50,932 bases of DNA, taken from Girardia tigrina. Its lineage: Eukaryota. How positions within the stretch are numbered: position 1 is the first letter of the stretch; each line of letters starts with the position of its first letter. The DNA is taken from positions 5,564 through 56,495 of the forward strand of contig MQRK01223825.1 of the NCBI GenBank assembly GCA_001938485.1, read 5' to 3'. The position numbers were made by a program, and so were the translations under genes. Positions 36,375 to 47,634 of the stretch are shown in pieces. The notes under the pieces are model-generated. The model was not told where the DNA came from. It saw only the letters and a list, made by a program, of their open reading frames with translations, and did no database searches.

Positions 36375-39300
36375 TGTAGATGTATAGCGTATTTATTAAC
36401 TATTAAAAAATAACAGTTGTTTTACTGTTCAAAATCTGAAATTCATTTGTGAGTTATTTTCAAATAATAAAAGATTCTTAGAGTTATTATTCTTTTTATT
36501 CATTGATCATCACCACAAGCTATCCGGGCAATGACAAGCATCAACGGAGACAATTCGTGGGAAATATTGAAGAAACAATTCACAGTGATGACTTCGATGC
36601 AACAAATGAAGGACGTTTCAGTGCTATTTCCGTTCGCGGTAAGTGGGTTGGCGCGGAATATATTCATGTAGCTTTCAGACGAACAGCATAGAAGTCCTAC
36701 GGAGGTATTTCGAGTATTAGATGTCGCTTTCGGAGTGCAACCTTGGAATGCTTATCAAAAATTGAAGAATATCAAATTGTCTGAATTTGATACTATCGAT
36801 GAGTATGCGGCCGAAGTATTGAGATTGGCAAAAAAGGTAGAAAATTTAGAAATTGCGTTGGAGATCGAGAGAGGGCGTTCGAAATTGGCACGAAATTGTG
36901 GAGATTAGTCTTACGTTTGTGAGCATCAGTAAGGGCACAAACGACACATCAATGGTAAGCATTTACGATCGGGCGGAGAGAATTATTCGCAGAGGACGGG
37001 CCAGTGGTGGCACTGTCAATGTTAGCGCTCATAAAAAGTTACTCGAGTTTGATGACAAGGATGGAGAAAAGGCGGATGATGGCCGCCGTAAAAGTCCTCT
37101 AGTTCGAAATAAAGATATTACTTGTTTCAGGTGCAATAAAAAGGATCATATCGCCAGATACTGTTAGGCAAAAAACACCAACGAGAAGTCGTCAGCGCCA
37201 GCGGCTTCTCGACAGAAGTAAAGACGCTTCCAGTGGTTCAGTGCATGATGAAGGGAAAATAGCTCAGGGCTCTGGTGGACACTGGCTGCTCTCGATTGGC
37301 CGTCAGGAGAGCAAAGTGGAAGAATCTGCTATAAGATTGGGTGATGACAAGGTCTCGTTAGCCAATGGGATTATGGGGTCCTGTATAATCGATATGATCT
37401 ATTATAAAAAATAGGTAAGATTAGATTGTATAGTTATAAGTGAATTGCCGGAGAGTTTGGATTTGTTGTTGGGAATGGAGGCAATTGAGAATTTTGGGGT
37501 ATCGTGTTCCATAATGGGCACGTAAAGTTTGGAGTTAATTTAGAATTATCAAATGTCTCAGTGTTAGCACGAGTTATAATTCGATAAATGCGGGTGTCGA
37601 GGAGGGGATTATCGAAAAACATAACTTCAGGATCCGGTTAGACCGAGAGTGGACAATCTACTGGGATTGGAAATCCAACGCACCGGAATATTTACCGAAC
37701 GGACAGACGCCATTGAAAGATTCAAAATCAAAAGATAGACGAACAATGGATATTTTGGAAGAGTGAGTGAAACGGAGTTATTTGGTCGAGTACAATGAGA
37801 GGCAGATGGGTAAGTCCGTGGGATCAATTCCCATTTACAGTATCGTTCAGGTGAATAAAGGCCAAATCAGGGAAGTTTTTGATTTCAGAAAAGTAAACAT
37901 GTATATTGACATTTACAGCGGATCTTCGGATGTATGCACGGAAAGATTACACGATAGGAGGAGAGAAAGTAAGGAATTCGTAATATTTGATCTTTCAGAC
38001 GCATTTATGCAAATTCATGTTGATCCAGCTTTGTGGTGCTTCCAGTCATGCATCATTAACGGTAAAAAGTTTGCTCTAAATTGTATAGGATTCGGCCTCA
38101 ACACAGCTCCGACTATAATGGTAGAAATCGTGAGAAAGGTTTTGTCATCAGATCAGAATATGAATGCCACCACGGGTTCGTATATTGATGACATTTTCGT
38201 GGATGACTCTAAAGTTAAAGCAGAAGACCTGCAGTAAATGTTCGATAAATTTGAGCTAGAATGTAAACCACCAGAGCGAGTAAACTACAACAACAGTGTG
38301 GGGGTTCTTGGTTTAGAAGTAAAAAATGTTGAGGGTGAAGTCACCTGGAAACGTGCAAACTAAATCAGAATTAAAGATTTATCGGAATTCATGTCTCGGC
38401 GGGAATTATATTCTCTATGCGGGCCATTGACGGGCATTTATCCGGCGGCACATGGGTTGAGGTTATCAGGTTCGCATAATAAACGAATGTCCGATTGCGA
38501 TTGGGATACAATGGTTGAAAAATCTGTAATGGAGAAGGTGCTATGGATTCTTGAAAGAGTTGAGGAAAGTGACCCCTGTCCGGGCATATGAAATATAAGA
38601 GAGCACAAGGCAGGCATTTTGGGGTGTGATTCAAATTCAATAGCCATTAAGGCGTTTTTGGAAGTCAATGAGGAAACAATAGAATACGGGTCTTGGATGA
38701 GAAAGGAGGGCGATTCGAGACATATAAACATTATGGAACTGGAAGCTTTGATGAAAGGTTTGAATATTTGCGTGAATGACATCATGGTGAAATGAGATAA
38801 TAAATCAGTGGTTTCATGGATGAAAGAAGTGATTTCTAACAGATCCAGATTAACCACAAGTGCCTCTTCGGAGTTATTGATTCGACAGCGTCTGTCTATT
38901 ATAAAAGAAATATGCGAGGAATTCAAATTAGTACTTAAAATAGAGTTTGTATCAAGCAATTTGAATAAAGCAGACGCGTTAACTAGGTTACTGAAGATTT
39001 TAACAAAACACGTATGCTGTACCATGATGGTTGTCGAAATTGAGAAATTAAAGGAACTCCATGAAAGATGTAATTTTGGCGCGAAGGGGATGAATTTTCT
39101 TTGCGAAAGGGAAAGTATCAAAGTTTCAGATAGAGACATCACAAATCTTATCTCAGGTTTTCAACAGTGTCAGTCGATTGATTCCGCACCAGTGAAGTGG
39201 GAAAAAGAGCATTTGTCAACAAATGAAAATTGGTGTAGATTGGCGATCCACGTAACCAAGTACAACGGTAAGAAGTATTTAAGTTTAATTGATTGTGGGC

Positions 39301-40174
39301 CCTCAAGATTTGCGATTTGGAAAGAAATCCAGGATGAGAGCGCGAGTTCTATCACACCAGTGATGAATTCAATATTTTTCGAGCGTGGTACTCCTAGGAA
39401 ATTGATTGTATACAATTATACTACATTTTATTCTAAGGAGTTTGTTAATATTATGGATTGGTGGGGAATCGAGTTAATTTACCGTGCTAGATATCGGCCG
39501 AGTGGCAACGGTATCATAGAAAGAAATTATTGGATGATAAAAAGAATTGCAGCAAGTTACAATATTACAGTCATGGAAGCATTATGGTGGCACAATAATA
39601 CCAAAGGGGAAGGAAAAGAACCACGATTTGAGAAATTTATAAGTAAAGATGCATAAAAGAAAAAGTTAAGGCGATCAAAAAGGAGGATAAATCAAACAGT
39701 ATAGGTGTTGAATATTGTGATTATTAATTGGTTTGGGTAAAACCCACTTTAAGCACAGGCTGCACTCAACAATGACAGAAGAGTAAAGTACTGGCAAAAA
39801 ATCATCATATTTGATCGAATGCGGTAAGTCTCATTTTCCTAGGCCCATTAGAGATATACGACCTCGGAGAATTGAACCTGACCTTCAGAGAGTCAGAATC
39901 AGTGGGAGCAGCAGCGATTCAGCTCAGGAGGAACCAGCGATCATGAATGAGAAACTCACACGGTGACGACCACGGTACTTGGAAGACTATATTGTGGAGG
40001 AAGATTTATCGGCGGAAGAATCTAGTGGGGGTGTAGATGTATAGCGTATTTATTAATTATTAAAAAATAAAAGTTGTTTTACTGTTCTAAACCTGAAATC
40101 GATTTGTGAGTTATTTTCAAATAATAAAAGATTTTTAGAGTTATTACTCTTTTTATTCATTGATCGTCACAATA
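36375..40174 (+). mobile_element. Compact LTR retrotransposon B (gag-PR-RT-RH-IN), full length, defective
   Basis: 143-bp LTRs 36375-36517 and 40032-40174; TSD GCAGT/GTAGT; CFRCNKKDHIARYC; ALVDTGCSR; DLSDAFMQ..GFGLNTAP..YIDDIF; HINIMELEAL..NKADALTR; IDCGPSRFAIW..SGNGIIER; PPT AGTGGGGG. Confidence 0.93.
36518..36529 (+). promoter_or_regulatory. Atypical primer-binding site complementary to the 5' 12 nt of tRNA-Lys(UUU)
   Basis: AGCTATCCGGGC directly abuts the 5' LTR; reverse complement GCCCGGATAGCT is the conserved 5' end of animal tRNA-Lys(UUU). Confidence 0.75.
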
Positions 40175-40409
40175 GTAGTATCTTTCAAATAATTGATTGA
40201 ATAACGCTCCATTAAATACGAATTGAAATCATCAAAATCAAATCAAACTTTTATATATAAATCCATTTTACAACTAAACTTGATGCATTTAAACAACTCA
40301 TTTATATTTATAAGTTAGTCACAACACGGATTTATCATGGAATCGTCAGACGCAGATGAGGTTCGTTGTTTATGATCCGATGAGATTTCAAAATTCAAAT
40401 TCATTAAAA

Positions 40410-41767
40410 CATATTATTGGACTTTTCTCTAATCTGGGTTATCTGATTTCCAATAAAATCTTCTCACTAATAACTGAAACATCAATTCCACTATCCCACA
40501 ACATTAATACATTGTGATTGTTCAGCTTAACATCGCTCCACCATCTACAAACTGATCCCTCTACTATCTCTGCAATTCGATTTTTTGGAGATTTTATGTC
40601 GACTCCACAGACGAAATGCTCACCATGGAGTCTCTAGCATTTAAATCATCTCCATATTCGTCTTTATATGGTACCATATCTACGTTGTCTTCATTGTGCA
40701 CACATCTTTGATGCGTACTACATTTACATTCTTAATATGATTACAGTTTCTGAATCCATGTCCAGTTTTTCTATAGATTAAACAACGATTATTTAAAGGA
40801 TAATCTTTCCTCAAATGCCCATGTTTTCCATAGCAATAACAATCCCCTCTGGTTAAATGCTCCTCTTCTGGAGTCGGAAGTCTCTTTATTTTGCAATATA
40901 AATTCTTTGCTTCGTACCAAGTCGAATGCACCGGGCGATTATATTGTTGTTTATCTTCTGACATTCTAATGGATCCTTTTTCATTACTTTTATTAAATCA
41001 TTCCGATGGTATTCTACGTTCCGTTCTTAATATTGGTTGTCTATCGTTTGATTCATTCAATTGAGCTGTATTTCTTTAATGTTCAGGATTCTCATATCTT
41101 CTAACTTAATATTTGTCTTTCTTTGTCATTTCGGCATACGATGTTTTGACGGCTAAAACATCATTTCTTTCTTCTTTTGATATGTTGTCCTCATAAATCT
41201 TAGCTTTCGCTCTCATTTCGTCCACTGATATGTTGGGTTTGAAAACAAATCGATCCTTCAGAACTTGAGATTTTATCCGCTTTTTCAAAAGTTCATTCAA
41301 AATTTCTTCATCGCTGTGTTTCCTAAAATTTTCAATTGTTTTCGGAACCCTTAATTCGAATATTAAGAACCTTCCATTCTCACCTTGACAAATTTGGCTT
41401 AATTTGTCTAATTCTTCCAACATCAGTATTTTCTTTATAAATGTTTTCTGGAACCAATTTTTGGATTCCACATCAGACATTGGTTTCTTACCCTCTTCTG
41501 TTGCATTCCCCCAAAGAATTTTCGCTTCGTCTATCAACAAATAGTTACACATTTCCGAGAATGTTAACCCAAAAAAATCTGAGCATTGCATAAAGCTCTA
41601 TACCATATTTGACCTGCTTCAGAATCCACTCCATTGTACTCCTTCATTTTCTTCTCGAGGGTTTCCTTAAAGATTGATGGAAGTTCTAGTTTAGGAAGCC
41701 TCAAAAATTTTATTTGAACACCAGCGTGATCGCTAGTTAAATCTCCAGTTTTCACTCCAGGATTCAT
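40410..41767 (-). pseudogene. Gypsy-type gag-protease remnant
   Basis: Gag-like ORFs 41106-41767; two degenerate zinc knuckles CYCYGKHGHLRKDY and CLIYRKTGHGFRNC; protease motif LMLWDSGIDVSVI near 40480. Confidence 0.75.
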
Positions 41768-43141
41768 AATAACAACAAGTAGAATTTATTAATTATTTAC
41801 AACCTTTTTAGAATACTTAAACAAATAATAATCACAACTAACAACAAGATTTCAAGGAAAATAATTATAAAATAATAATAAATATATTATTCCGATATTT
41901 TAATCGATAAATATGATAAAACGGTAGAAAGTAATCAACAAAAAATATAGAAAATTCAGTAAAATATATTAGAAAAAATAACCGCTGGAAATACAAAAAG
42001 ATCCACGATAGAAGAATGAAAATTCAGGAAGAAATAATAAAAATTCATTTATTCAAAGATCGACCAAAATAACAAAATATCGATCGATTTCCGTAAGGAA
42101 TAATCCAAAACTCTCACAAAAATCAAACATAATAAATATCGTAAAAACATCATGAAAAAAGCGAACGAAAAGTGGTACATTCATGAAAATTTAAGTTAAA
42201 ATTAATCGTTTGATCGAAGTTATGGAAAATATATTAAACAAAATACATTAAAACAAAAAAAAATAAAAGTACCTTTTGCGATTAGTCAGCACTCCAAAAT
42301 TTTCTAAAATTTTTTAATTTTAGAAAGTCTAAAATTGGCAACTGACGTGTTCCAATAGGTACCGATTGTACGATTCCAAAACGTAAGTGGACCAGTAGAA
42401 ATTGAACACGCAGAAAAAATCGCACTAAAAACTAGTATATAAAGCGAGTGATTTTTTCATAAAATCAAAAAGAAAAATAAAAACAAGAACAAAAACTTGA
42501 AAACAAATTGAGGTAAATTTGAACAGAATTTGAACCAAATTTGAGAAAAGAGTTTTGAAGGTTGACATTGCTGTTTCGCGATAGAGGGAAAGACTAAAGT
42601 GTTACTCTCTCTCGGGGCCCGAATTTTAAAATTTAATTTTCTTTAAGTACGAGTCGATTAATTATAATTTATTGCTTTATTCCTTGCATTAATTTAATCA
42701 ACCGTATCGCATATTGTTATTTTAATATTTAATATGTTATCTTATTTTTGCGTTTTTATGCGGTTATTTCATTTTTTCTTTTAATGATATTTTGTAATTT
42801 TTTAATTAACTCAATTAAATGTATTAACAAATCCGAATTGATTTATTAATGATAATGATAAATTTAATCTTTTATCTTTAATAATTCGGCTCGAATACCC
42901 TCGGGTAGAAGGACTTTTAAAATCAAACGAAAGTATTTTTGAAGGCTGGTTCTGGCCCTCGATTCATCGTAGCCAGAATAATTCCCCAGTTTTGAAGTAT
43001 AAGGGTGACAACAAAACTCAAGGTTTCATACCGGAGAGCAGGTTTGAAATCAAACTGTTATCTTTCTCGACCGCTTACGCAGAATAAGAATAAATAACTA
43101 ATAAACAACTCATATTTCTATTTCAATAATAATCTTTTCAG

Positions 43142-43514
43142 ATGTTCCAACAAATTGAATTACAATAGGCTAAGCTGACCATTGAGCGTCTCCAACAAGA
43201 GAATAGATTATTAAAAAAAGAGCAGAGTAGCAGATCGGAGGGAGATGATGAATTTACGCGACAATGTAGAGCGTTTGTCCACGAGTTTAAGAGGAGTAAA
43301 AGATGCTTCTATCGAACCTGAAGAGTACGCACGTGTAGTAAAGCGGGGCGTCATGATGGAGAATCGGATCCGCGAGCTAGAGCGGCTCTACTCCGAGCAA
43401 TTGAAGTTGCAGATGCGACAAAAGATGAGAGCCGAGGAAGGGAAGGAGTCGCGCACCTTGGGAACGCAGTCATTGATATCCGACTACAGGGGCGAAGATT
43501 ATATAAAACGGTGA
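43142..43514 (+). pseudogene. Coiled-coil protein remnant
   Basis: After a ttttcag acceptor-like site: QIELQ*AKLTIERLQQENRLLKKE, frameshift, MENRIRELERLYSEQLKLQ. Confidence 0.3.
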
Positions 43515-44299
43515 CAACGGCAGAGGATTCGCAAGAGCATCAATAATGTTGTAAAGTGTTATAACAAATAAATTTTTATTCTTATTTATATGAGTTGTTG
43601 ATTCGGTGTTTTAAAATATAGCCAGCACAGAATAGTTAAAATCATTTAGCATTTCTTTCTGCATCATATCACTACGTCTTAGCACCAAAATCACACACAT
43701 AAAGGGAGGGTTTGCGTCAGGGTATTCGAGTTTACACTTTTGTAAATAAATCGTAATGAATAAAATCATGAGGGACGGACTGTTGACATAATCTTTCATA
43801 CTTGCTAGGGGGCATAGCACATAAATATAAAACACACCATATCACATCCTAGGGTCAATACATTAATATGAATTATAGTTATATTCAATCGTAACATAAC
43901 ATCATACCCATTAAAGCTGATCTGGTCTATCTGGTTTTAAACCTGTGTAGGTCCTGAACCTGGAAGGTCCTCATCACCTATCACTGCTTGCAGATGATAT
44001 GGGGGTTGAGAGGCGAGTGGTGGTCTTAAGTATAAGGGGTTAAGAGCTAAAATGCACACACAGAGGTTACATTAATATAACAATATCTTATGGTTGTTTA
44101 CCGATAACATAGGGGTTTAAAACCAAATAACTCAGTTCCAAAAATATATTCACAGGTTTTTGAAAAACACAGAACCACAACATATTTCAAAAATTTATGG
44201 TCTTATATTTTAAATCAAACAACACCTTTAGAAACATTTTTTATCTCAACCCCAGCACAGTGGTATAGAAATTGAATTGCAAAGAACCTAAGCTGGCTA

Positions 44300-46345
44300 A
44301 TCGAATTAGGTCTTATTTAATCATAGAGTACGGATGAAATTTCGGGATGGACTTAATTTCAGGATAGAAAAAGAATGGCTAGTAAGAAGAGGCAATAGTT
44401 AAAAGTTGAAAAATATGATGAGATCTGTACTCGTTTTTCGTAAAGTGAATCCTTAAATTTCATCGCACACGATGGATCTGAAATTCACGCGATACTAAAC
44501 TTCGAGAATAACGGCAGAACTTTGATAATATACAAGCGTTGGATCTCCGGAACGCCTATTTACAGTTACATGTTAAAAAGATTCTATAGAAATATCATAG
44601 TGTGTGTTATGATGGAATGGTATATATTTTGACAAGGTTTGGTTTCGGTTTGGAGTCAGCCCCACGAATAATGACGAAACTTCTAGAATAAGTGTCGAGC
44701 CTAAAAGAAAATATTCATTTTGAAATGAACATTGACATTTCAGTAGACGGATCGGTCATTTCCGTAGAAATTACAGAGCATTTGAAGTGTTTTGGTTTGG
44801 AATGTAAAGAAAATTTGGAATTTATCGGATCGAAGTTTTTAGATCTACAAATTTATGAGGAAGATGGAACAGTCATGTGAACGAGAAGAAGTTCAGTTCC
44901 GGAAATTTGCTGTCGTTTGATGAAAAAGGGTATGTTTTCGTTGTACGTGTTCCGTCCGACCTTCAGGTCGCCCCGAGAACCGGACGGATGTAGCAGGGTG
45001 TCACAGGGAAATTCTATGGATGAATTGCTGAGCCTATTTGTGTTCAGTTTGTTTACACACTCTTCTAATTTCTCACCGATCAGTCGATTTTTATCGGTGA
45101 ACTTTCATACGATCATTTTATCATCGCAACTATTACTATTATTATTGATCAATTGAGTTTGAGTAGACTGATCAGATTCAATTGATTATAGATCGGTATT
45201 GATTACTGAATCAATCGATTTCTTTATTGAACCGTTAATTAAAATTATCTGAATATCAGTGAGAAAATGATTAATTTGAAATTTAAATCGATATGAAGAA
45301 TGGAAATTATTGAGAAATATTGTTTCAATATTAATTATTCAAGATAAAGATAATTTATTTCCAAGAAATAATACAATCGCAAAAATCTTTGGCAATATTC
45401 ATGAATTAATTCGAAAATTCGTGAATCACACAAACATTTATTTAACAAACCGACGAAAATTACAAAGTTTAAAAAAATCAATATTGATCAATCACGTTGA
45501 TTCCGTCAAACAAACGTCAATTTTCGCGAAAATTCTAAATTCTCAATTTTCCCCCTTTGATAATCAATTTTGTTTCTGATTATAATTAAAAATAATAATT
45601 TTTAAATTATAATACTCAATTATATATATTTGGATACCGAGCAGTACGGACAGTTAGTCAGTTACTACCCAATTGCAAGAAAATTGAAGATATCTACAAA
45701 TTTTATGAGAAGAAAAAGTAATCTATATTATTGGCAAGAATCAGTATCTAAAAATATACTAAAAATGTTAGAAGATGTAATTCAATGAGTGAGAAATGGT
45801 GATCCTGTGCACGGTGTCTGGTATGTCCTAAGAAGTGAAAAGTAGGGAAAAGTAGGATGTGACACGGGTAAAATCACAATGGGAAGCGTACTGGAGACTA
45901 CAGGACAGATCGTATAGAATAGCTGTTAGTTACAACATGAGGCTGATGGCAAACACATCAATGTTGTCCAGCTAGAGGAAGTCGTGAGGGGAATAAATTT
46001 GGTGGTAATATGGGAAGTGAGAAAATTGAATATCGTTACTGATTCTGCATCTGCATTTCGCTGGTTGAACTTCTGCACAGATCAAGGAAGATTAAAGTGG
46101 TCGGAATGAAAAAGATGTTAGTCAGAAGGAGGTTAAGGATTAATGTGGAGATTTAAGAAAGTTATAACATGAAATTTTAACCGATTTGGACACCTTCTGA
46201 ACTGAATAATACCGACAATCTAACACAAGAGAGAATTTCGTAGTTGAATCGGAATCGTAGAGATATCTTAATGATGGTTAATGATACGAAGCTCTCTAGT
46301 GCAGATATCCGTCGGGAGCATTCAAAACATCATTTTGGAGTTGAT
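44300..46345 (+). mobile_element. Decayed RT-RNase H of a second element of the same lineage as element B
   Basis: FGFGLESAPRIM, HLKCFGLECK, FSLYGQLVSYYPIA (after removing insert), GDPVHGVW, KHINVVQLEEVVRGINL, VTDSASAFRWL, HSKHHFGVD. Confidence 0.8.
44948..45643. mobile_element. 696-bp TG...CA insertion with 5-bp TSD (solo LTR or non-autonomous element)
   Basis: TSD GTACG at 44943-44947 and 45644-45648; termini TGTTC...GAGCA; removal restores host element frame FSLY/GQLV. Confidence 0.8.
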
Positions 46346-46392
46346 TGAAGTTACAATATTTTTATTTGAAAAGAACTACACGTGAACAAATA

Positions 46393-46609
46393 CCGTATTT
46401 TCCGGTAGATAAGGTGCACCTATTGTATAACGCGCAGCTCTTACTTTTTGGCATCCTCTTTTATGTAAAGATAACGCTCATAGCAGACATGTTGGTATAC
46501 CTAAGAGGTATACATCGTTATCGTCAGTACATGATTCACAGTTCATATTTTGACAAAATTTAACATTTTTGTATAGATAACGGTGCACGTCATCTACCAG
46601 AAAATACGG
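46393..46609. mobile_element. 217-bp pogo-type MITE
   Basis: About 28-bp TIRs CCGTATTTTCCGGTAGATAAGGTGCACC / GGTGCACGTCATCTACCAGAAAATACGG, TA TSD. Confidence 0.88.
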
Positions 46610-47329
46610 TACGATATAAAATAGGTCATTCAGAATTGCGACGAATATAATGCAATAGATCCGAACTCTGTTCGGAGCAGAAAAAGACAATTGACGAAGG
46701 ATGAGAAGTGGAAAACCTTGTCGACGGATTTCACACATGATAACTGTACTCTCTCCATAACAATAATAAGGACTCATGGTGATTAAAACAAATACCGACT
46801 ATTTTGAAAAATTACTAACTATTTATTAAATTCTGCGAGCTTTTTCGGAATGCCTGCCATTAGATTTGCAATTGTAGTTTCTGTCACGTTTTTGGATGCA
46901 TTATTCCACTTGTTTCGAAAATCTGCAATCGTCTGTGTCCTCTTGTTTGTCGTAGTTCATTGCCTTTTTATCAGGGCCCAATATCTTTCGATTGGTCGAA
47001 GCTCTGGAAAATTTGAAGGGTTTTCCTCTCTATGCACCAAATCGACGTTATTGTCTTCGTACTACTTCTTGGCTGCCTTACATTTAGTTGCAAGATGCCA
47101 AATCCGGCCAAAAGAAAGTAAGACCTCCGTGCTGACTTATGAATGGTAATAAACGCTTTTGCAAGCACTCCTTCACGTAGACTTCTGTGCTTATTGTGCC
47201 AGATGTGATAAAGCATTTACTCATTTCCCCGCTAAAACATATAGCGTGCCAAACAAGAATTCTTTTGAGAAACTTAGATTTTTTCTCGCTTCTAAATTTT
47301 TCATCAACTCTTCTCTTAGTTGTAGAGTA

Positions 47330-47634
47330 CGCCTCCCTCCCGCGGTAATCTGCATACGCGCCTCAGGAGCCAAAGGAGCCGAGTCGGTGTTTCATCGGGT
47401 TTCACCCCTCAACTGATAGTGGGCGTTGTCCGAAGACATTTCCACATCCCGCTCGGATAGCAATGCCTTTTAAAGGAGTGGATTGCAGGCCCAGACCCCC
47501 GCACTATGTTGGTCAGCACCCAAACAAGGCAAGCTTCGGACACTTTAGCCTAGAGAATGCTCTAGTTTCCCAGGGACACCACGTGGAGGTATGTCCGACT
47601 GGCTTAACACAGGTTACCAAAGTAACAGGTCCCC
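47330..47634 (-). mobile_element. 305-bp ribozyme-headed non-autonomous non-LTR retroelement (SIDE/SINE-like)
   Basis: 12-bp TSD agttgtagagta (47318-47329) / agttgcagagca (47635-47646); GC-rich; splits the DD37E frame, which is restored on removal. Confidence 0.85.
47536..47634 (-). ncRNA. HDV-like self-cleaving ribozyme
   Basis: P1 GGGGAC/GTCCCT (G1-U wobble), P2 TCGGACAT/GTGTCCGA, P3 ACC/GGT, L3 TCCACGT, P1.1 CC/GG, P4 CTAGAG-catt-CTCTAG, J4/2 GCTAA with catalytic C at 47548. Confidence 0.88.

Larger units (their letters stand above)
33269..40326 (-). mobile_element. Gypsy-type LTR retrotransposon A (decayed, hosts nested insertions)
   Basis: Related ~157-bp LTRs at 33269-33661 and 36369-36374 plus 40175-40326; perfect 5-bp TSD CGGAT (33264-33268, 40327-40331); integrase 33922-34430 (FGLP..RDNGAQF..YNPQANG); gag start near 35384. 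Confidence 0.88.
32865..40404 (-). pseudogene. Host gene (151 aa reconstructed) interrupted by a 7-kb LTR retrotransposon
   Basis: Joining 40404-40327, 33263-33047 and 33025-32865 (21-nt intron 33026-33046) gives an open frame MNLNFEISS..MINP/SDRFAIC..VNDR/DGDTER..SIKKS*. Confidence 0.6.

Noticed and set aside
38438-39142. 234-aa minus-strand ORF
   Set aside because: Antisense shadow of the RNase H/integrase frame, no motifs
46478-46777. 99-aa ORF (and 46345-46563)
   Set aside because: Crosses the boundary of a MITE; no recognisable domain
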